NCBI GenBank assembly: GCA_965203275.1
Contig: OZ241865.1
Span: 480,001 to 544,000, forward strand
Reading direction: 5' to 3'
Length of the DNA stretch: 64,000 bases
Origin: Bdellovibrionales bacterium
GTDB lineage: Bacteria; Bdellovibrionota; Bdellovibrionia; Bdellovibrionales; JAUICD01
Shown: one piece after another, positions 7,151 to 18,078 of the stretch
Position numbering within the stretch: position 1 is the first letter of the stretch
How the letters are laid out: each line of letters starts with the position of its first letter
The notes under the pieces: model-generated
Databases searched by the model: none
What the model was told of the DNA's origin: nothing
What the model saw: only the letters and a program-made list of their open reading frames with translations
Position numbers and translations under genes: made by a program

Positions 7151-10012
7151 TTGAACTCACCTACACATTTAGAAAAGCCTAATTATAAACATACCTTGAA
7201 TTTCCCACAAACAAACTTTCAGATGAAAGCTCATTTGGCCGTCAGAGAACTTGATTTTATCCAAAGATGGCAGGATATGAACCTACATGAACAACTATTA
7301 GAACAAAACAAAAAAGCCCCTTCCTTTTGCCTCACAGATGGCCCTCCTTATGCAAATGGCCACCTACACATAGGGCATGCCTTAAATAAAATTCTCAAAG
7401 ATATTATTGTCAAATACAAAGCTATGAGCGGTTATAAGGCTGCCTTTGTCCCTGGATGGGATTGCCATGGCTTGCCGATAGAACATGTCGTGAGCAAAAG
7501 GCTCGAAGCTCAAAAAGAATCAAAAAGCCCCAAAGAAATTCGCCAGATGTGTCGTATGGAGGCTCAAAAATGGATCCAAATTCAAACAGATCAATTTAAA
7601 CGCTTTGGTGTATTAGCCGATTGGGATCACCCTTATTTAACTTTACAAAAAGAATACGAAGCAGAAGAAGTACGTATATTATCAAAGATGATTCAAAAAG
7701 GAGTTCTTTATAGAGACCAAAAATCTGTACATTGGTGTCCTGCCCTACAAACAGCTCTGGCAGAAGCTGAAATTGAATATCAACAGCATAAAAGCCCTGC
7801 TATCTACTTGAAATTTTACATCAAAGAAGGTATTGAAAAATTACTTCCTCAGAGTTGCTCCAAAGATTATCGAACAGCTTTGGTCATTTGGACAACAACC
7901 CCTTGGACAATCCCATCTAATAGGGCCCATGCTGTTCACCCTCAGTTTGATTACAACATTTATCAGCTAGATCAAGAATACATTATTCTTGCAAAAGAAT
8001 TACAATCTTCTTTCGAAGAGAAAATAAATCAAAAATTAAAACACATTGCAGGACCTTTTAAAGGTCAACAGCTAGAAGGAATCATGACTTATCAAGTGAT
8101 GTATCCAAAACAAATTTCACCTGTGATCTTATCTCACCACGTAACATTGGAAGCAGGGACAGGTATTGTGCATATAGCTCCTGGTCATGGTACAGATGAT
8201 TTTTACTTAGGGAAAAAATACAAACTTGAAATTTTCAGTCCTGTAGATGATTTTGGTTGTTACACAGATCAAGTTCCTGAGTACAAAGGCATGAATATTT
8301 TTGATGCCAATCCACTGCTTGTAAAGCAATTTCAAAAATCAGGTCATTTGATTCAACATGAAATAATTCAACACAGTTATCCTCATTGTTGGAGAAGTAA
8401 AACACCTCTTATTTTTCGTGCCACACAGCAATGGTTTGTCTCTATGGATCAAGAATCTCATCCTATCCGTAAAATGGCATTAAAAGCTATAAAAAATGTA
8501 GGCTGGATTCCTGAATGGGGAGAAAAACGCATAACTGGAATGATTGCTGATCGCCCAGACTGGTGTTTATCAAGGCAAAGGTTGTGGGGTGTTCCTATCC
8601 CTGTTTTCTACTGCGACCATTGCCATCATCCCTATCATACTCTAGAATCTATGAATAAAATAGCAGACAGCATGGAAAAGGAAAATGGCATTGAAGCCTA
8701 TTGGTCAAAACCTGTTTCTGCTTTTTTGCCACCAGATGCTCAATGTCAACAGTGTGGCCAAAATACTTTTCATAAAGGGAAAGACATTTTAGATGTGTGG
8801 TTTGATAGTGGAGTGTGTTGGGCTGCTATACAGAAAAAGCACCCTCTAATGACCTTCCCTGCTGATCTTTATATAGAAGGAAGTGATCAACATAGAGGAT
8901 GGTTTCATACAAGCTTATTGACGTCTGTAGCTATAGAACAAAAACCTCCCTTTAAAAATGTTTTAACACATGGTTTTGTGATGTTTTCTAAAGGTGTTAA
9001 GATGAGTAAAAGCGAAGGGAATATTATGGACCCTCAAAGTGTTATTCAAAAAAAGGGAGCAGAGCTTTTAAGGCTGTGGGCAGTACATGAAGACTACACA
9101 CAAGATATGACTTGTAATCCAGAGGCCTTTGATAGATTGACAGAAACTTATCGACGTATTCGTAATACAATGAGATTTTTACTAGGTAACTTAAATGACT
9201 TTTTAAAAAACCCTCAGGCTTGTCAGTTGCCATATAAGCAACTCAAAGACCTTGATCAGTGGATTTTACATCGACTCAATGGACTCATTAAAGAAGTCAC
9301 TCAAGCTTATGAGGGTTATGCTTTTTATAAAATTTATCATCTACTCAATAACTTTTTTAATGTGGAGTTGTCAGCCTTGTATTTAGATATTATTAAAGAT
9401 AGACTCTACGTTTGTCAGGCAGACAGTCCAGAAAGACGATCTGCCCAAACAGCTCTATGGTATTTAACAGAGACTCTTATTGGGCTAATGGCTCCTATAT
9501 TGTCTTTTTTATCTGAAGAAGTATGTGATCATTTACCGAATAATAAGAAAAGTGTTTTTTTGATGAGATTTCCAAGGTTAAGGACACAATGGGATAGACC
9601 TGACTTAGAAGAAAAATACACTTTGCTTTTAGCTTTGCGTAGAAAGGTGAGTAAAAAAATAGAAGACTTAAGAAATAAAAAGCAAATGCGATCTAGCTTA
9701 GAAGCTAGAGTTTGCTTGCAATGTCAAAAGGATAGTTTGCTTTACAAGTTTTTAAGTTCAGTTAAGGATGAACTGGTAGAATTTTTTATTGTTTCAGAGA
9801 TTGTTTTAGAAAATTTATCTGTCACAGGAGAAGAAAATAACAAAGGGCAGAAAGAAATATTAGAAAAACAAATAGAGAAACTAGAAGTTATTGTGACGAA
9901 AGCGCAAGGACAAAAGTGTGTAAGATGTTGGCATTTTAATCCACAGGTCGGGGAAGTTTTACCGGACCTCTGTCCAAAATGTACTTTGATTTTAAAAGCT
10001 TGTAACAATTAA
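7151..10012 (+). CDS. ileS: Isoleucine--tRNA ligase (IleRS1 type)
   Basis: DGPPYANGHLHIGH, GWDCHGLPIE, WTTTPWT, GSDQHRGWF, KMSKS, C-terminal Zn finger; AAGGAG RBS before TTG. Confidence 0.97.
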   Translation: MNSPTHLEKPNYKHTLNFPQTNFQMKAHLAVRELDFIQRWQDMNLHEQLLEQNKKAPSFCLTDGPPYANGHLHIGHALNKILKDIIVKYKAMSGYKAAFVPGWDCHGLPIEHVVSKRLEAQKESKSPKEIRQMCRMEAQKWIQIQTDQFKRFGVLADWDHPYLTLQKEYEAEEVRILSKMIQKGVLYRDQKSVHWCPALQTALAEAEIEYQQHKSPAIYLKFYIKEGIEKLLPQSCSKDYRTALVIWTTTPWTIPSNRAHAVHPQFDYNIYQLDQEYIILAKELQSSFEEKINQKLKHIAGPFKGQQLEGIMTYQVMYPKQISPVILSHHVTLEAGTGIVHIAPGHGTDDFYLGKKYKLEIFSPVDDFGCYTDQVPEYKGMNIFDANPLLVKQFQKSGHLIQHEIIQHSYPHCWRSKTPLIFRATQQWFVSMDQESHPIRKMALKAIKNVGWIPEWGEKRITGMIADRPDWCLSRQRLWGVPIPVFYCDHCHHPYHTLESMNKIADSMEKENGIEAYWSKPVSAFLPPDAQCQQCGQNTFHKGKDILDVWFDSGVCWAAIQKKHPLMTFPADLYIEGSDQHRGWFHTSLLTSVAIEQKPPFKNVLTHGFVMFSKGVKMSKSEGNIMDPQSVIQKKGAELLRLWAVHEDYTQDMTCNPEAFDRLTETYRRIRNTMRFLLGNLNDFLKNPQACQLPYKQLKDLDQWILHRLNGLIKEVTQAYEGYAFYKIYHLLNNFFNVELSALYLDIIKDRLYVCQADSPERRSAQTALWYLTETLIGLMAPILSFLSEEVCDHLPNNKKSVFLMRFPRLRTQWDRPDLEEKYTLLLALRRKVSKKIEDLRNKKQMRSSLEARVCLQCQKDSLLYKFLSSVKDELVEFFIVSEIVLENLSVTGEENNKGQKEILEKQIEKLEVIVTKAQGQKCVRCWHFNPQVGEVLPDLCPKCTLILKACNN

Positions 10013-10052
10013 ATAGACGTTAAAACAGATTTTTTCTTAACATGGTGTAAAA

Positions 10053-10553
10053 ATGAAATATTTTATTCTTATTTCTATTGCAGGGACAATCATTGCATTA
10101 GATCAGCTGACAAAAATGTATATTTATACTTATTTTCATGTAGGGGAGAGTGTTGCCATCATTCCTGATTTTTTTAATATTACTTCTGTGAGGAATCCAG
10201 GGGCTGCTTTTGGATTTTTAGCTGAAACAGAGCCTATTTTTCGTGAAACTTTTTTTATGATTCTACCTCCTTTTGCTCTATTGATTATTATTTTGATATT
10301 AAGAAAAGTAGCGTCCAATGACATCATACAAATTATTGCCCTTTCTTTAATTTTTGGGGGAGCTGTTGGCAATTACATTGACCGTATTCGCTTTCAGCAT
10401 GTGATTGACTTTTTAGACTTTCATTTTAAACACTATTATACATGGCCTGCTTTTAATGTGGCCGATATTTGTATTGTGTCAGGTATTTGTATTTTTATTT
10501 TATTAATGATCAGAGATGCTAAAGAAGAATTTAAAAAAGAGCAAAAGCCTTAA
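10053..10553 (+). CDS. lspA: Lipoprotein signal peptidase II
   Basis: DQLTK, NPGAAFG, GNYIDR, VIDF, FNVAD motifs; follows ileS. Confidence 0.96.
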   Translation: MKYFILISIAGTIIALDQLTKMYIYTYFHVGESVAIIPDFFNITSVRNPGAAFGFLAETEPIFRETFFMILPPFALLIIILILRKVASNDIIQIIALSLIFGGAVGNYIDRIRFQHVIDFLDFHFKHYYTWPAFNVADICIVSGICIFILLMIRDAKEEFKKEQKP

Positions 10554-10555
10554 TT

Positions 10556-11464
10556 ATGACTTATTGGACACATAATCTAGATCCTGTTTTACTTTCTGTA
10601 GGTCCTATCAATATTCATTGGTATGGAATGATGTACATTATTGGATTTGTTTCAGGATATTTTCTACTCTGTTATCGGTGGAAAAAAGGCAAGTTTGCAT
10701 TAAACCCAGAAGAAATTCAAATTTTAATCACTTATTTAATGTTTTTTATGATCTTAGGAGCAAGGCTAGCTTATGTGGTTGTATATGATCCTTGGAACTA
10801 TCTACAAAATCCTGGAGATATTATAGCGATTTGGAAGGGAGGGCTTTCTTATCATGGAGCTGCTATTGGCTTTATGATGGCTTGTATTTTAATGGCCAAA
10901 CAATACCATATTACTTTTTTCCATATTGCAGATAATGTGGTTTTTGGTTCAGCTTTGGGTGTTATCTTTGGTCGGATAGGTAATTTTATTAATGGGGAAT
11001 TAGCAGGCCGTGTGACAGATGTGCCTTGGGCTGTGATTTTCCCTCAATCGGGGCCAGAACCACGGCACCCTTCACAACTTTATCAATCATTAGGAGAAGG
11101 ACTTTGTGTTTTAATATTATTAATCCTTGTAGAAAAATGGGAAACTCGTAAAGGCTATGCTCCAGATTATAAAGCATTGTTAAGTCAAAATACTTCTAAA
11201 GATAAAACTAAAAAATCTAAAAAGAAAAAACATCTACTTTTTGTAGAGTGGTCACGCACTGGCATTTTATGTGCAGCTTATTTGATCTTCTATGGGATCA
11301 CCCGGTCGATTGTGGAATTTTATCGTCAGCCAGATGAGCAGTTAGGATTTTTTGCACAGTATTTTAGTATGGGTCAAATCTTGTGCAGTTTGATGATTTT
11401 AATTGGATTGTTTTTATTGTGGTACCGCATTAGATACCCTATCCCTGTACGCTATCAGTTATAA
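10556..11464 (+). CDS. lgt: Prolipoprotein diacylglyceryl transferase
   Basis: WYG, GGLSYHG, GRIGNFINGE, HPSQLY, EFYRQPD motifs. Confidence 0.96.
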   Translation: MTYWTHNLDPVLLSVGPINIHWYGMMYIIGFVSGYFLLCYRWKKGKFALNPEEIQILITYLMFFMILGARLAYVVVYDPWNYLQNPGDIIAIWKGGLSYHGAAIGFMMACILMAKQYHITFFHIADNVVFGSALGVIFGRIGNFINGELAGRVTDVPWAVIFPQSGPEPRHPSQLYQSLGEGLCVLILLILVEKWETRKGYAPDYKALLSQNTSKDKTKKSKKKKHLLFVEWSRTGILCAAYLIFYGITRSIVEFYRQPDEQLGFFAQYFSMGQILCSLMILIGLFLLWYRIRYPIPVRYQL

Positions 11465-11502
11465 AGAAGGTATTTTGCCTGCGGGAAATAAAATTTCCCT
11501 TC

Positions 11503-11688
11503 CTAACGATAAAAAGAACCTTGAGTCCTGCCAGAATGATTTGTCCACTTATAAGAAGCATTTTGAGAAAAACGATTTTTCCAATCTTCCCAGTATTTGT
11601 CTGGATGCTGATGAGAAACCTTTCCATCAGAAGTGAACGTCACTTGAGGTGGCTTACCAAATAAAAACCTTAGTAGAAATTTTAACAT
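11503..11688 (-). CDS. Small hypothetical protein
   Basis: 61-aa ORF with ATG and a plausible H..WE.WK.RF..Y.W..HSG pattern; no function recognised. Confidence 0.5.
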   Translation of the reverse strand: MLKFLLRFLFGKPPQVTFTSDGKVSHQHPDKYWEDWKNRFSQNASYKWTNHSGRTQGSFYR

Positions 11689-11789
11689 ATTTTTATGACC
11701 TTTAGAACACGCACTTGAGCCATTGCCTGTTGATCAGGCACACCGGCAATTTTTAAATCTTCTACATATTTTAATGCATGAAATCCCAT
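11682..11789 (-). pseudogene. Possible DUF1640/CCDC90-family N-terminal remnant (35 aa)
   Basis: Manual translation MGFHALKYVEDLKIAGVPDQQAMAQVRVLKVIKIC resembles the FDTL.YV..L..AG.PE.QA start of that family. Confidence 0.4.
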
Positions 11790-11874
11790 ACTTCATATTA
11801 CCACGAGATGGATATTTAAACAAGGGCTTTTTATTATTGTGTGATAGGGTTAGTTAAGCTTAGATGTACAAAAT

Positions 11875-11910
11875 AAAAAAAAGGGCGATCTTATTAAGGT
11901 CGCCCTTTAA
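11875..11910 (-). terminator. Intrinsic terminator downstream of the large lipoprotein gene
   Basis: Minus strand AAAGGGCGACCTT-AAT-AAGATCGCCCTTT followed by a T run. Confidence 0.8.
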
Positions 11911-12011
11911 ACTTAAAGAAAGTTTGTCTTTATCCTACACACTATACAGTAGGCACACTATACAGTAGGGCAGGATCAATGTGTTTTCATTGGTATAATG
12001 AAAACACCTTT

Positions 12012-14167
12012 TTATACAATAGAATCATCATTAGTCACAGTATTATTATTAGTAGCAGGTGGCTCATTATTATCGTTGGTATCTTCAGTGGCAGGAGCGG
12101 GAGCAGGAGCTTCGGGAGCAGGAGCTTCGGTAGCATCGGGAGCAGGATCGGTAGCTTCGGGAGCAGGAGCGGGAGCAGGAGCTTCGGGAGCAGGGTCGGC
12201 AGGATCGGGAGCAGGGGTCGGTAGGTTCAGCAGGGAGCAGGATCGGTAGCAGGAGCTTCAGTAGGAGCGGCAGGAGTAGTAGGTTCAGCTTCTGTATTGC
12301 CAGGTTCAGCAGGAGTAGTAGGTTCAGCAGGGGTAGTAGGTTCAGCAGTAGTAGGTTCAGCAGGAGTAGGTTCAGCAGTAGCATCAGTGGCATCAGCAGG
12401 AGGAGCATCGGGAGCAGGAGCAGGAGCTTCATCAGTGGCATGAGCATCAGCAGGAGGGGCATCAGCAGTAGGAGTAGTAGGAGCATCAGTGGCATCAGCA
12501 GTAGGAGTATCGGTAGCTGGAGCTTCAGTAGCAGGAGCTTCGGGAGCAGGAGCAGGAGCTTCATCATCGGCAACTGGAGTTAGGTTAGATACATACTCAA
12601 GACCTTCAAGAGCAAGTTGCATCACATAATTACCAACGACTATATCGACACCAAGAGTTAGTCTTCTATCATGAAGTTCTCTAGTTGTCCAAGTATCAGT
12701 ACTATCAGGGGCTTCTTCAATTAAAGCACTAAGAAAATCTGAATCAGCAGGTTCTGGTTGTTCCAAGCTTCTTCTAAATTCATCTCTGTTATCACTTTGG
12801 AAATGGAGAGATTTGGCAGGACCCTGATCAGAGTTGTCAGTATTGACCTCTAGTGACAAATGACCTGAATAACTTAAATATTCAGCAATATTTGTATCCG
12901 CAGGCACATTATCTGTAGCTACTACTGGATCTGCTGGAGCAGAAGTGTCTACAGAGTCAGCTTGATTTGCTGACTGATCTGAAGCTTCATCTGTTGTAGG
13001 TCCTTGGAAGAACATGGCACCTTGTGTAGGTGTAGTAACAACATCCTCTGTTGTTCCCTCTCCTGGTGCAAGAGATTGTTTCCATGCGTCTATTTGCTCA
13101 GGGGCAAACCAAATGATCTGTGCCATGTGTACACGCACAGTAGCATTGCTTAAAGCATTGCTTGCAGAACAAAGGCTTAATGCATCTGCGGGTAGTGCAG
13201 GTACCACATCACTCTGCTGGTCTGCTGATGTTTGAGGAGGTGCTACATCACCACTTTGTTGCTCAGTAGGTAGGGTACAAGCAATAACATTTGCATCTTC
13301 TGGAACACTTCCATTTTCCCAAGGCAAAAGATTGGCTGTCACATTTTCTACCTTACCAAAGTTAACCATAAAACGAGCTTGCAATGCAGTGTTTGCTTTC
13401 CACTTTCTTTCCTCTTCTTCCCCTTCTTCATCTTTAGGTTCTAAATATTCGTTAAGTGCCTCTCTTGAAGTTAAAGCTACTTCAGCTCTTATAAGATTGT
13501 TTTTATGAGCTTCATAATTTTGATCTAATAAAAGAACTGTTACAGCTTTACTTGTTTTTGTTTCATCAAGATCATGACGATTATATAAAAGTTTTCTGCC
13601 ATCACTTAATTGAACATTATTTTCAAAGAGATATTCTCCACTGTGATCATAACCGGTATCCCCATTATCTTCATCTTCTAATTCAACTCCAATGACCTGA
13701 CCCTGGTCATCCATTGGTGTTACATTTACAAATTTCATACTATCAAGACTAAGAGAGACAACATAGTCCTCACCCTCACTCTCACTAGCACTTTCTGCAC
13801 TACCTGTATTACCATCTGAACTTTCATTTTCACCTTCACTAGTATCTTCACTTTCATCATCAGTTGTTGGAGTAGCCCAACTTAAAAAATTCTCAAAAAG
13901 TTCTGCTTGCTCCGCAGTTAATGTATTGATTCCTCCTTGTTGATCTGCTACTATAGAACTTTCTTCTACACGTTGAGCATCTCTGAAGCTTTCAAAGCTT
14001 CTAGCATTTCTGCTATCAAAATCTGAATTACGTACTCTTAAGTTATTGACATACCCTTCATTGTCTACATGGTCAGGACTTGAAGGAGAACATCCTGTTA
14101 TAGTTAAGATCCCTGAAATACTTATTGCTACTATAGCTAATATTGATTTTAATTTTATAGTTTTCAT
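12012..14167 (-). CDS. Acidic lipoprotein with Pro/Ala/Thr-rich C-terminal repeats; annotated frame stops at 12227, repeat-coding frame continues to 12012 after two apparent +1 frameshifts
   Basis: Lipobox ITGC, RBS GGAGG; APAP/TEAPA repeats resume in shifted frames past TGA at 12227. Confidence 0.75.
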
Positions 14168-14434
14168 AATGAATTACCTCCTAGGTATTTAAAAGATTAG
14201 AATGAACAAAAAAACCTAAACCTTATTCCTAAACCTTATTTGATTAATAATATACACAAATAATTAAGTTAATGTTTGACACTTAAACATCATCAATGCT
14301 TTATTGTGTATAAAGCCTTTTAAAACAGCCCACGATAAAAGTCAATAGCTTAAAGCAAAATATATTTAAAAATATGGTAAAAACCAATAAAATCAACTTG
14401 GATTTAAACTCTTTATGACGCGTTGTGTCTAACT

Positions 14435-15166
14435 ATGCCTAAAGTAGCTCAACAATTTATAGATATTGGACCTTTAAAAGCATTGGTTGTAGAAAACAAC
14501 TTGCAAGCTCAATATAATTTGGTTTTGCTCCATGGATATGGTGCTAATGCTCTTAACTTATATCCTTTGCACAGATATATTCCAACAAATAACAATATTC
14601 GGTGGATTTTTCCAGAGGGACCAAAAGCTGTCTATGCAGGTCCTCCAGGTTCTCAACCCTCAAATATAAACGTTAGCAACAACCCTTTAATTTTAGGTAA
14701 AGCATGGTTTGATATAGATACAAAAGCTATTGAAAAAAGGGATTTTTCTTTTGATCCAAAGGCTCATGCAGACTCAAAGCTTGTTTTAAAAAATGTCTAT
14801 CAAGCATTAAAGCCCTTCAGTCAATCTCATTTAATTATAGGAGGTTTTAGTCAAGGGGCTATGCTGGCCACCTACTTAACTATGACTACAGATTTAAATA
14901 TCAAAGGCTTAATTGTGTTATCAGGTGCTTTATTTCATCAAGACAAGCTATGGGAGGGAAGCCTTGTGAGTCGGCAGGGATTGCCCTTCTTTCAATCTCA
15001 TGGATATAGTGACGATATTTTAAATTATACAGAAGCAAAAAAGTTAGAGGTTGCCCTCCAAAAAAGAGGACTGCAAGGGCATTTGTTTAGTTTTGAGGGT
15101 GGACATGAAATACCAGAAGTGCTTTTCAGAAAACTTCAAGGTTTTCTCAATCAATTTGATCAATGA
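14435..15166 (+). CDS. Phospholipase/carboxylesterase (alpha/beta hydrolase)
   Basis: LLHGYGA, GGFSQGAM nucleophile elbow, SHG..D, GGHEI. Confidence 0.9.
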   Translation: MPKVAQQFIDIGPLKALVVENNLQAQYNLVLLHGYGANALNLYPLHRYIPTNNNIRWIFPEGPKAVYAGPPGSQPSNINVSNNPLILGKAWFDIDTKAIEKRDFSFDPKAHADSKLVLKNVYQALKPFSQSHLIIGGFSQGAMLATYLTMTTDLNIKGLIVLSGALFHQDKLWEGSLVSRQGLPFFQSHGYSDDILNYTEAKKLEVALQKRGLQGHLFSFEGGHEIPEVLFRKLQGFLNQFDQ

Positions 15167-15205
15167 AGTTTTAGTTAGTAAAATAAAGTAAAAGAAGGTA
15201 TTTGT

Positions 15206-16489
15206 ATGCAAGGTGGACTTGGAAATCTCATCACAAGTGAAACCATTGTAGGAGCAGTTCCTCCTCATCAAAATAACCCTCAAAAGCACCCTTTAGGACT
15301 TTATGCCGAACAAATATCAGGTTCAGCCTTTACTCAAGCCCGTCATGAAAACCTGCGATCTTGGATGTACCGTATTTTACCATCAGTCAAACATGCTACT
15401 TATCAGCCCGATAAAAAAACAAATTTAAAAAATTTTTTAACACCTCCACTTAAAAAATATTTTTGCTCTCCTATCCAATATCGCTGGCACCCACTTGGAA
15501 TCCCTCAAGAACCTCATAATTTTTTAGAGGGTATTAAAACAATAGCCGTAGCAGGTCATCCACTTGAGCAATGTGGGCTAGCTGTGCATTTATTCACTGC
15601 TAATACTTCTATGGTAGATTCTTTTTTTGTTAATACTGATGGGCATTTATTGATTGTACCTGAGTTAGGAGATCTGCAAATACACACAGAGTTTGGCATT
15701 CTTGAGATTCAACCCAAAGAAATAGCCGTGATTCCTAAAGGTATTAAATTTCAAGTACAATTGAAAACCTCACAGGCCAGAGGTTATATTTGTGAAAATT
15801 TTGGATGTCCTTTTATATTACCACAATTAGGTCCTATTGGCTCTAATGGCTTAGCTAATGCTCGACACTTTTTGGCACCTGATGCACACTTTCATCATAA
15901 AGAAGGTTCTTTTTATCTGATCCACAAGTTTGCAGGTGAGTTTTTTAGGGCCACTTTAGATCATCACCCTTTAGATGTTGTAGGTTGGTATGGTAATTAT
16001 TTCCCTTACAAATATGACCTGAGGCTTTTCAATGTGATCAACTCTGTCAGCTTTGATCATCCCGATCCTTCTATCTTTACTGTCTTGACTTCTCCTTCAC
16101 CTAAGTTTGGCTTAGCAAATATGGATTTTGTGATTTTCCCTCCTCGATGGATGGTTGCAGAAAATACTTTTCGCCCTCCTTATTATCACCGAAATATCAT
16201 GAGTGAATTTATGGGATTGATTTACGGTCAATATGATGCAAAAGAAAAAGGCTTTTTACCTGGAGGCGGTAGTCTACACAATAGCTTTGCAGGACATGGA
16301 CCTGACACCCAGGCTTTTCAAGAAGCTAGCGATAAAAAGCTTCAGCCTGAAAAGTATGAAACTTCTTTAGCTTTCATGTTTGAAAGCAGTCGGCCATTTC
16401 AGGTCACAGAATATGCTCATCAGGGACCTTTGAGACAGCATGATTACAATGCATGTTGGCAAGGTCTCAAAAGCAAATTTCAACAATGA
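15206..16489 (+). CDS. hmgA: Homogentisate 1,2-dioxygenase
   Basis: GLYAEQISGSAFT, DHPDPSIFTVLT, FRPPYYHRNIMSEFMGLIYG, HGPD. Confidence 0.96.
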   Translation: MQGGLGNLITSETIVGAVPPHQNNPQKHPLGLYAEQISGSAFTQARHENLRSWMYRILPSVKHATYQPDKKTNLKNFLTPPLKKYFCSPIQYRWHPLGIPQEPHNFLEGIKTIAVAGHPLEQCGLAVHLFTANTSMVDSFFVNTDGHLLIVPELGDLQIHTEFGILEIQPKEIAVIPKGIKFQVQLKTSQARGYICENFGCPFILPQLGPIGSNGLANARHFLAPDAHFHHKEGSFYLIHKFAGEFFRATLDHHPLDVVGWYGNYFPYKYDLRLFNVINSVSFDHPDPSIFTVLTSPSPKFGLANMDFVIFPPRWMVAENTFRPPYYHRNIMSEFMGLIYGQYDAKEKGFLPGGGSLHNSFAGHGPDTQAFQEASDKKLQPEKYETSLAFMFESSRPFQVTEYAHQGPLRQHDYNACWQGLKSKFQQ

Positions 16490-16575
16490 TACGCTACATT
16501 ACTCTTAGTATAGATAATAAAAAATTCCAAAATAACTTAAGTTTTATTTTACATTAACATGAGGACGATGAAAAA

Positions 16576-18078
16576 TTACTTTCCTTTCATCGTGGGGAAA
16601 AGAATAACATCTCGAATAGAAGACTGATCTGTTAAAAGCATTACCAATCTGTCTATCCCTAAACCAACCCCGCCAGTAGGAGGCATACCTACTTCAATGG
16701 CATGCATAAAATCCATATCTAAAGGATGATAAGATTCTTTAGCTTCTTTCAAAGTGCTTTCAGATAAAGGCTGGCCTTCTTGTCTTAATTTGATAAGCCT
16801 TTGATATTGATCTTCAGGGTCATTGAGTTCAGAATAAGCATTACCTAACTCCATGCCTGCCATGATAGGTTCAAATCTCTCTACACGCCCAGGTGTTTTT
16901 CTGTGAGCTTTTGTTAAAGGGGAAACCTCAATAGGATGATCCATAATAAAAGTAGGATCCCATATTTGCCTTTCTACTAAACAATTAAAAAGCTCCATTA
17001 ATACTTCCCCATAAGATGCTTCTTTGTTCAAAGTTGAACCTTGTTCTTGACAGAGCCTCCAAAGTTTATCTTGTGATAAACTAGCTACATCTAAAGAAGC
17101 ATATTTTTTAAGAGCTTCGTCTATGGTGAGACGTTTCCAAGGAGGAGTCAAATCAAGTGTGCGACCTTGATATATGATTTGTTCTGAACCTTTAATCTTT
17201 TTAACAACATGACATATTAGATCTTCAAATTGTTTCATCTGATAAAAATAATCAGTATAGGCTTCATACCACTCTAACATTGTAAATTCAGGGTTATGAG
17301 ATCTATCAATACCTTCATTTCTGAAATTTTTATTTAAGTCATAAACTTTTTCAAAGCCTCCTACAATCAATCGTTTTAAGTAAATTTCAGGAGATATTTT
17401 CATATAGAGCCTCATATCTAAGGTGCGATGCTGAGTTACAAAAGGATGAGCAGCTGCTCCTCCATACACAGGTTGCAAAATAGGTGTCTCTACTTCTATA
17501 AAACCTTTTTGATCTAAAAAATGTCTAATTTCTTTAATGATCATAGCCCGTGTTTGAAAGACCTCTTTGGCCTTTTGATCGACAATCAAATGCAAATGCC
17601 TCAATCGATATTTTGTCTCAATGTCAGTTAGCCCATGAAACTTTTCTGGCAAAGATTCTAATGATTTGCATAAAATTTGAAAAGTTTGGCAGTGACAACT
17701 CATCTGTCCTGTCTTTGTTTTAAAGGGGAAACCCTTAAGCCCTATAATATCTCCGATATCTAAATGCTTAAAATGGATTTGATCTTCTGAAGATATATTT
17801 TGTATTTTAAGGTAGCATTGTAGCTGTCCTGTTTGATCTTGAATATGAAAAAAGCTTGCCTTACCCATATCTCTTTTGGTGATCACCCGGCCTGCTATTT
17901 GGAAAGATTTATCTTCTAGCTTTTGACCACTTTCTAAAAAGTTATGCTGATCAACAAAATCTTTACAAGATATATCCCTTTCAAAAGAATAAGAATAGGG
18001 GTTGATGTTTGCTTTTTTTAAAGCATGTAATTTGTTGCGTTTTTCTGCTTTAAGAGGGTTATCACGGCGATTGGACAT
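16576..18078 (-). CDS. lysS: Lysine--tRNA ligase (class II)
   Basis: OB fold, GGAAAHPF, FRNEGIDRSHNPEFT, GMPPTGGVGLGIDRLVM. Confidence 0.97.
   Translation of the reverse strand: MSNRRDNPLKAEKRNKLHALKKANINPYSYSFERDISCKDFVDQHNFLESGQKLEDKSFQIAGRVITKRDMGKASFFHIQDQTGQLQCYLKIQNISSEDQIHFKHLDIGDIIGLKGFPFKTKTGQMSCHCQTFQILCKSLESLPEKFHGLTDIETKYRLRHLHLIVDQKAKEVFQTRAMIIKEIRHFLDQKGFIEVETPILQPVYGGAAAHPFVTQHRTLDMRLYMKISPEIYLKRLIVGGFEKVYDLNKNFRNEGIDRSHNPEFTMLEWYEAYTDYFYQMKQFEDLICHVVKKIKGSEQIIYQGRTLDLTPPWKRLTIDEALKKYASLDVASLSQDKLWRLCQEQGSTLNKEASYGEVLMELFNCLVERQIWDPTFIMDHPIEVSPLTKAHRKTPGRVERFEPIMAGMELGNAYSELNDPEDQYQRLIKLRQEGQPLSESTLKEAKESYHPLDMDFMHAIEVGMPPTGGVGLGIDRLVMLLTDQSSIRDVILFPTMKGK

Noticed and set aside
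11979..12573. Gly/Ala/Ser-rich and Leu-rich ORFs
   Set aside because: Antisense or alternative frames of the Pro/Ala repeat tail of the lipoprotein gene.
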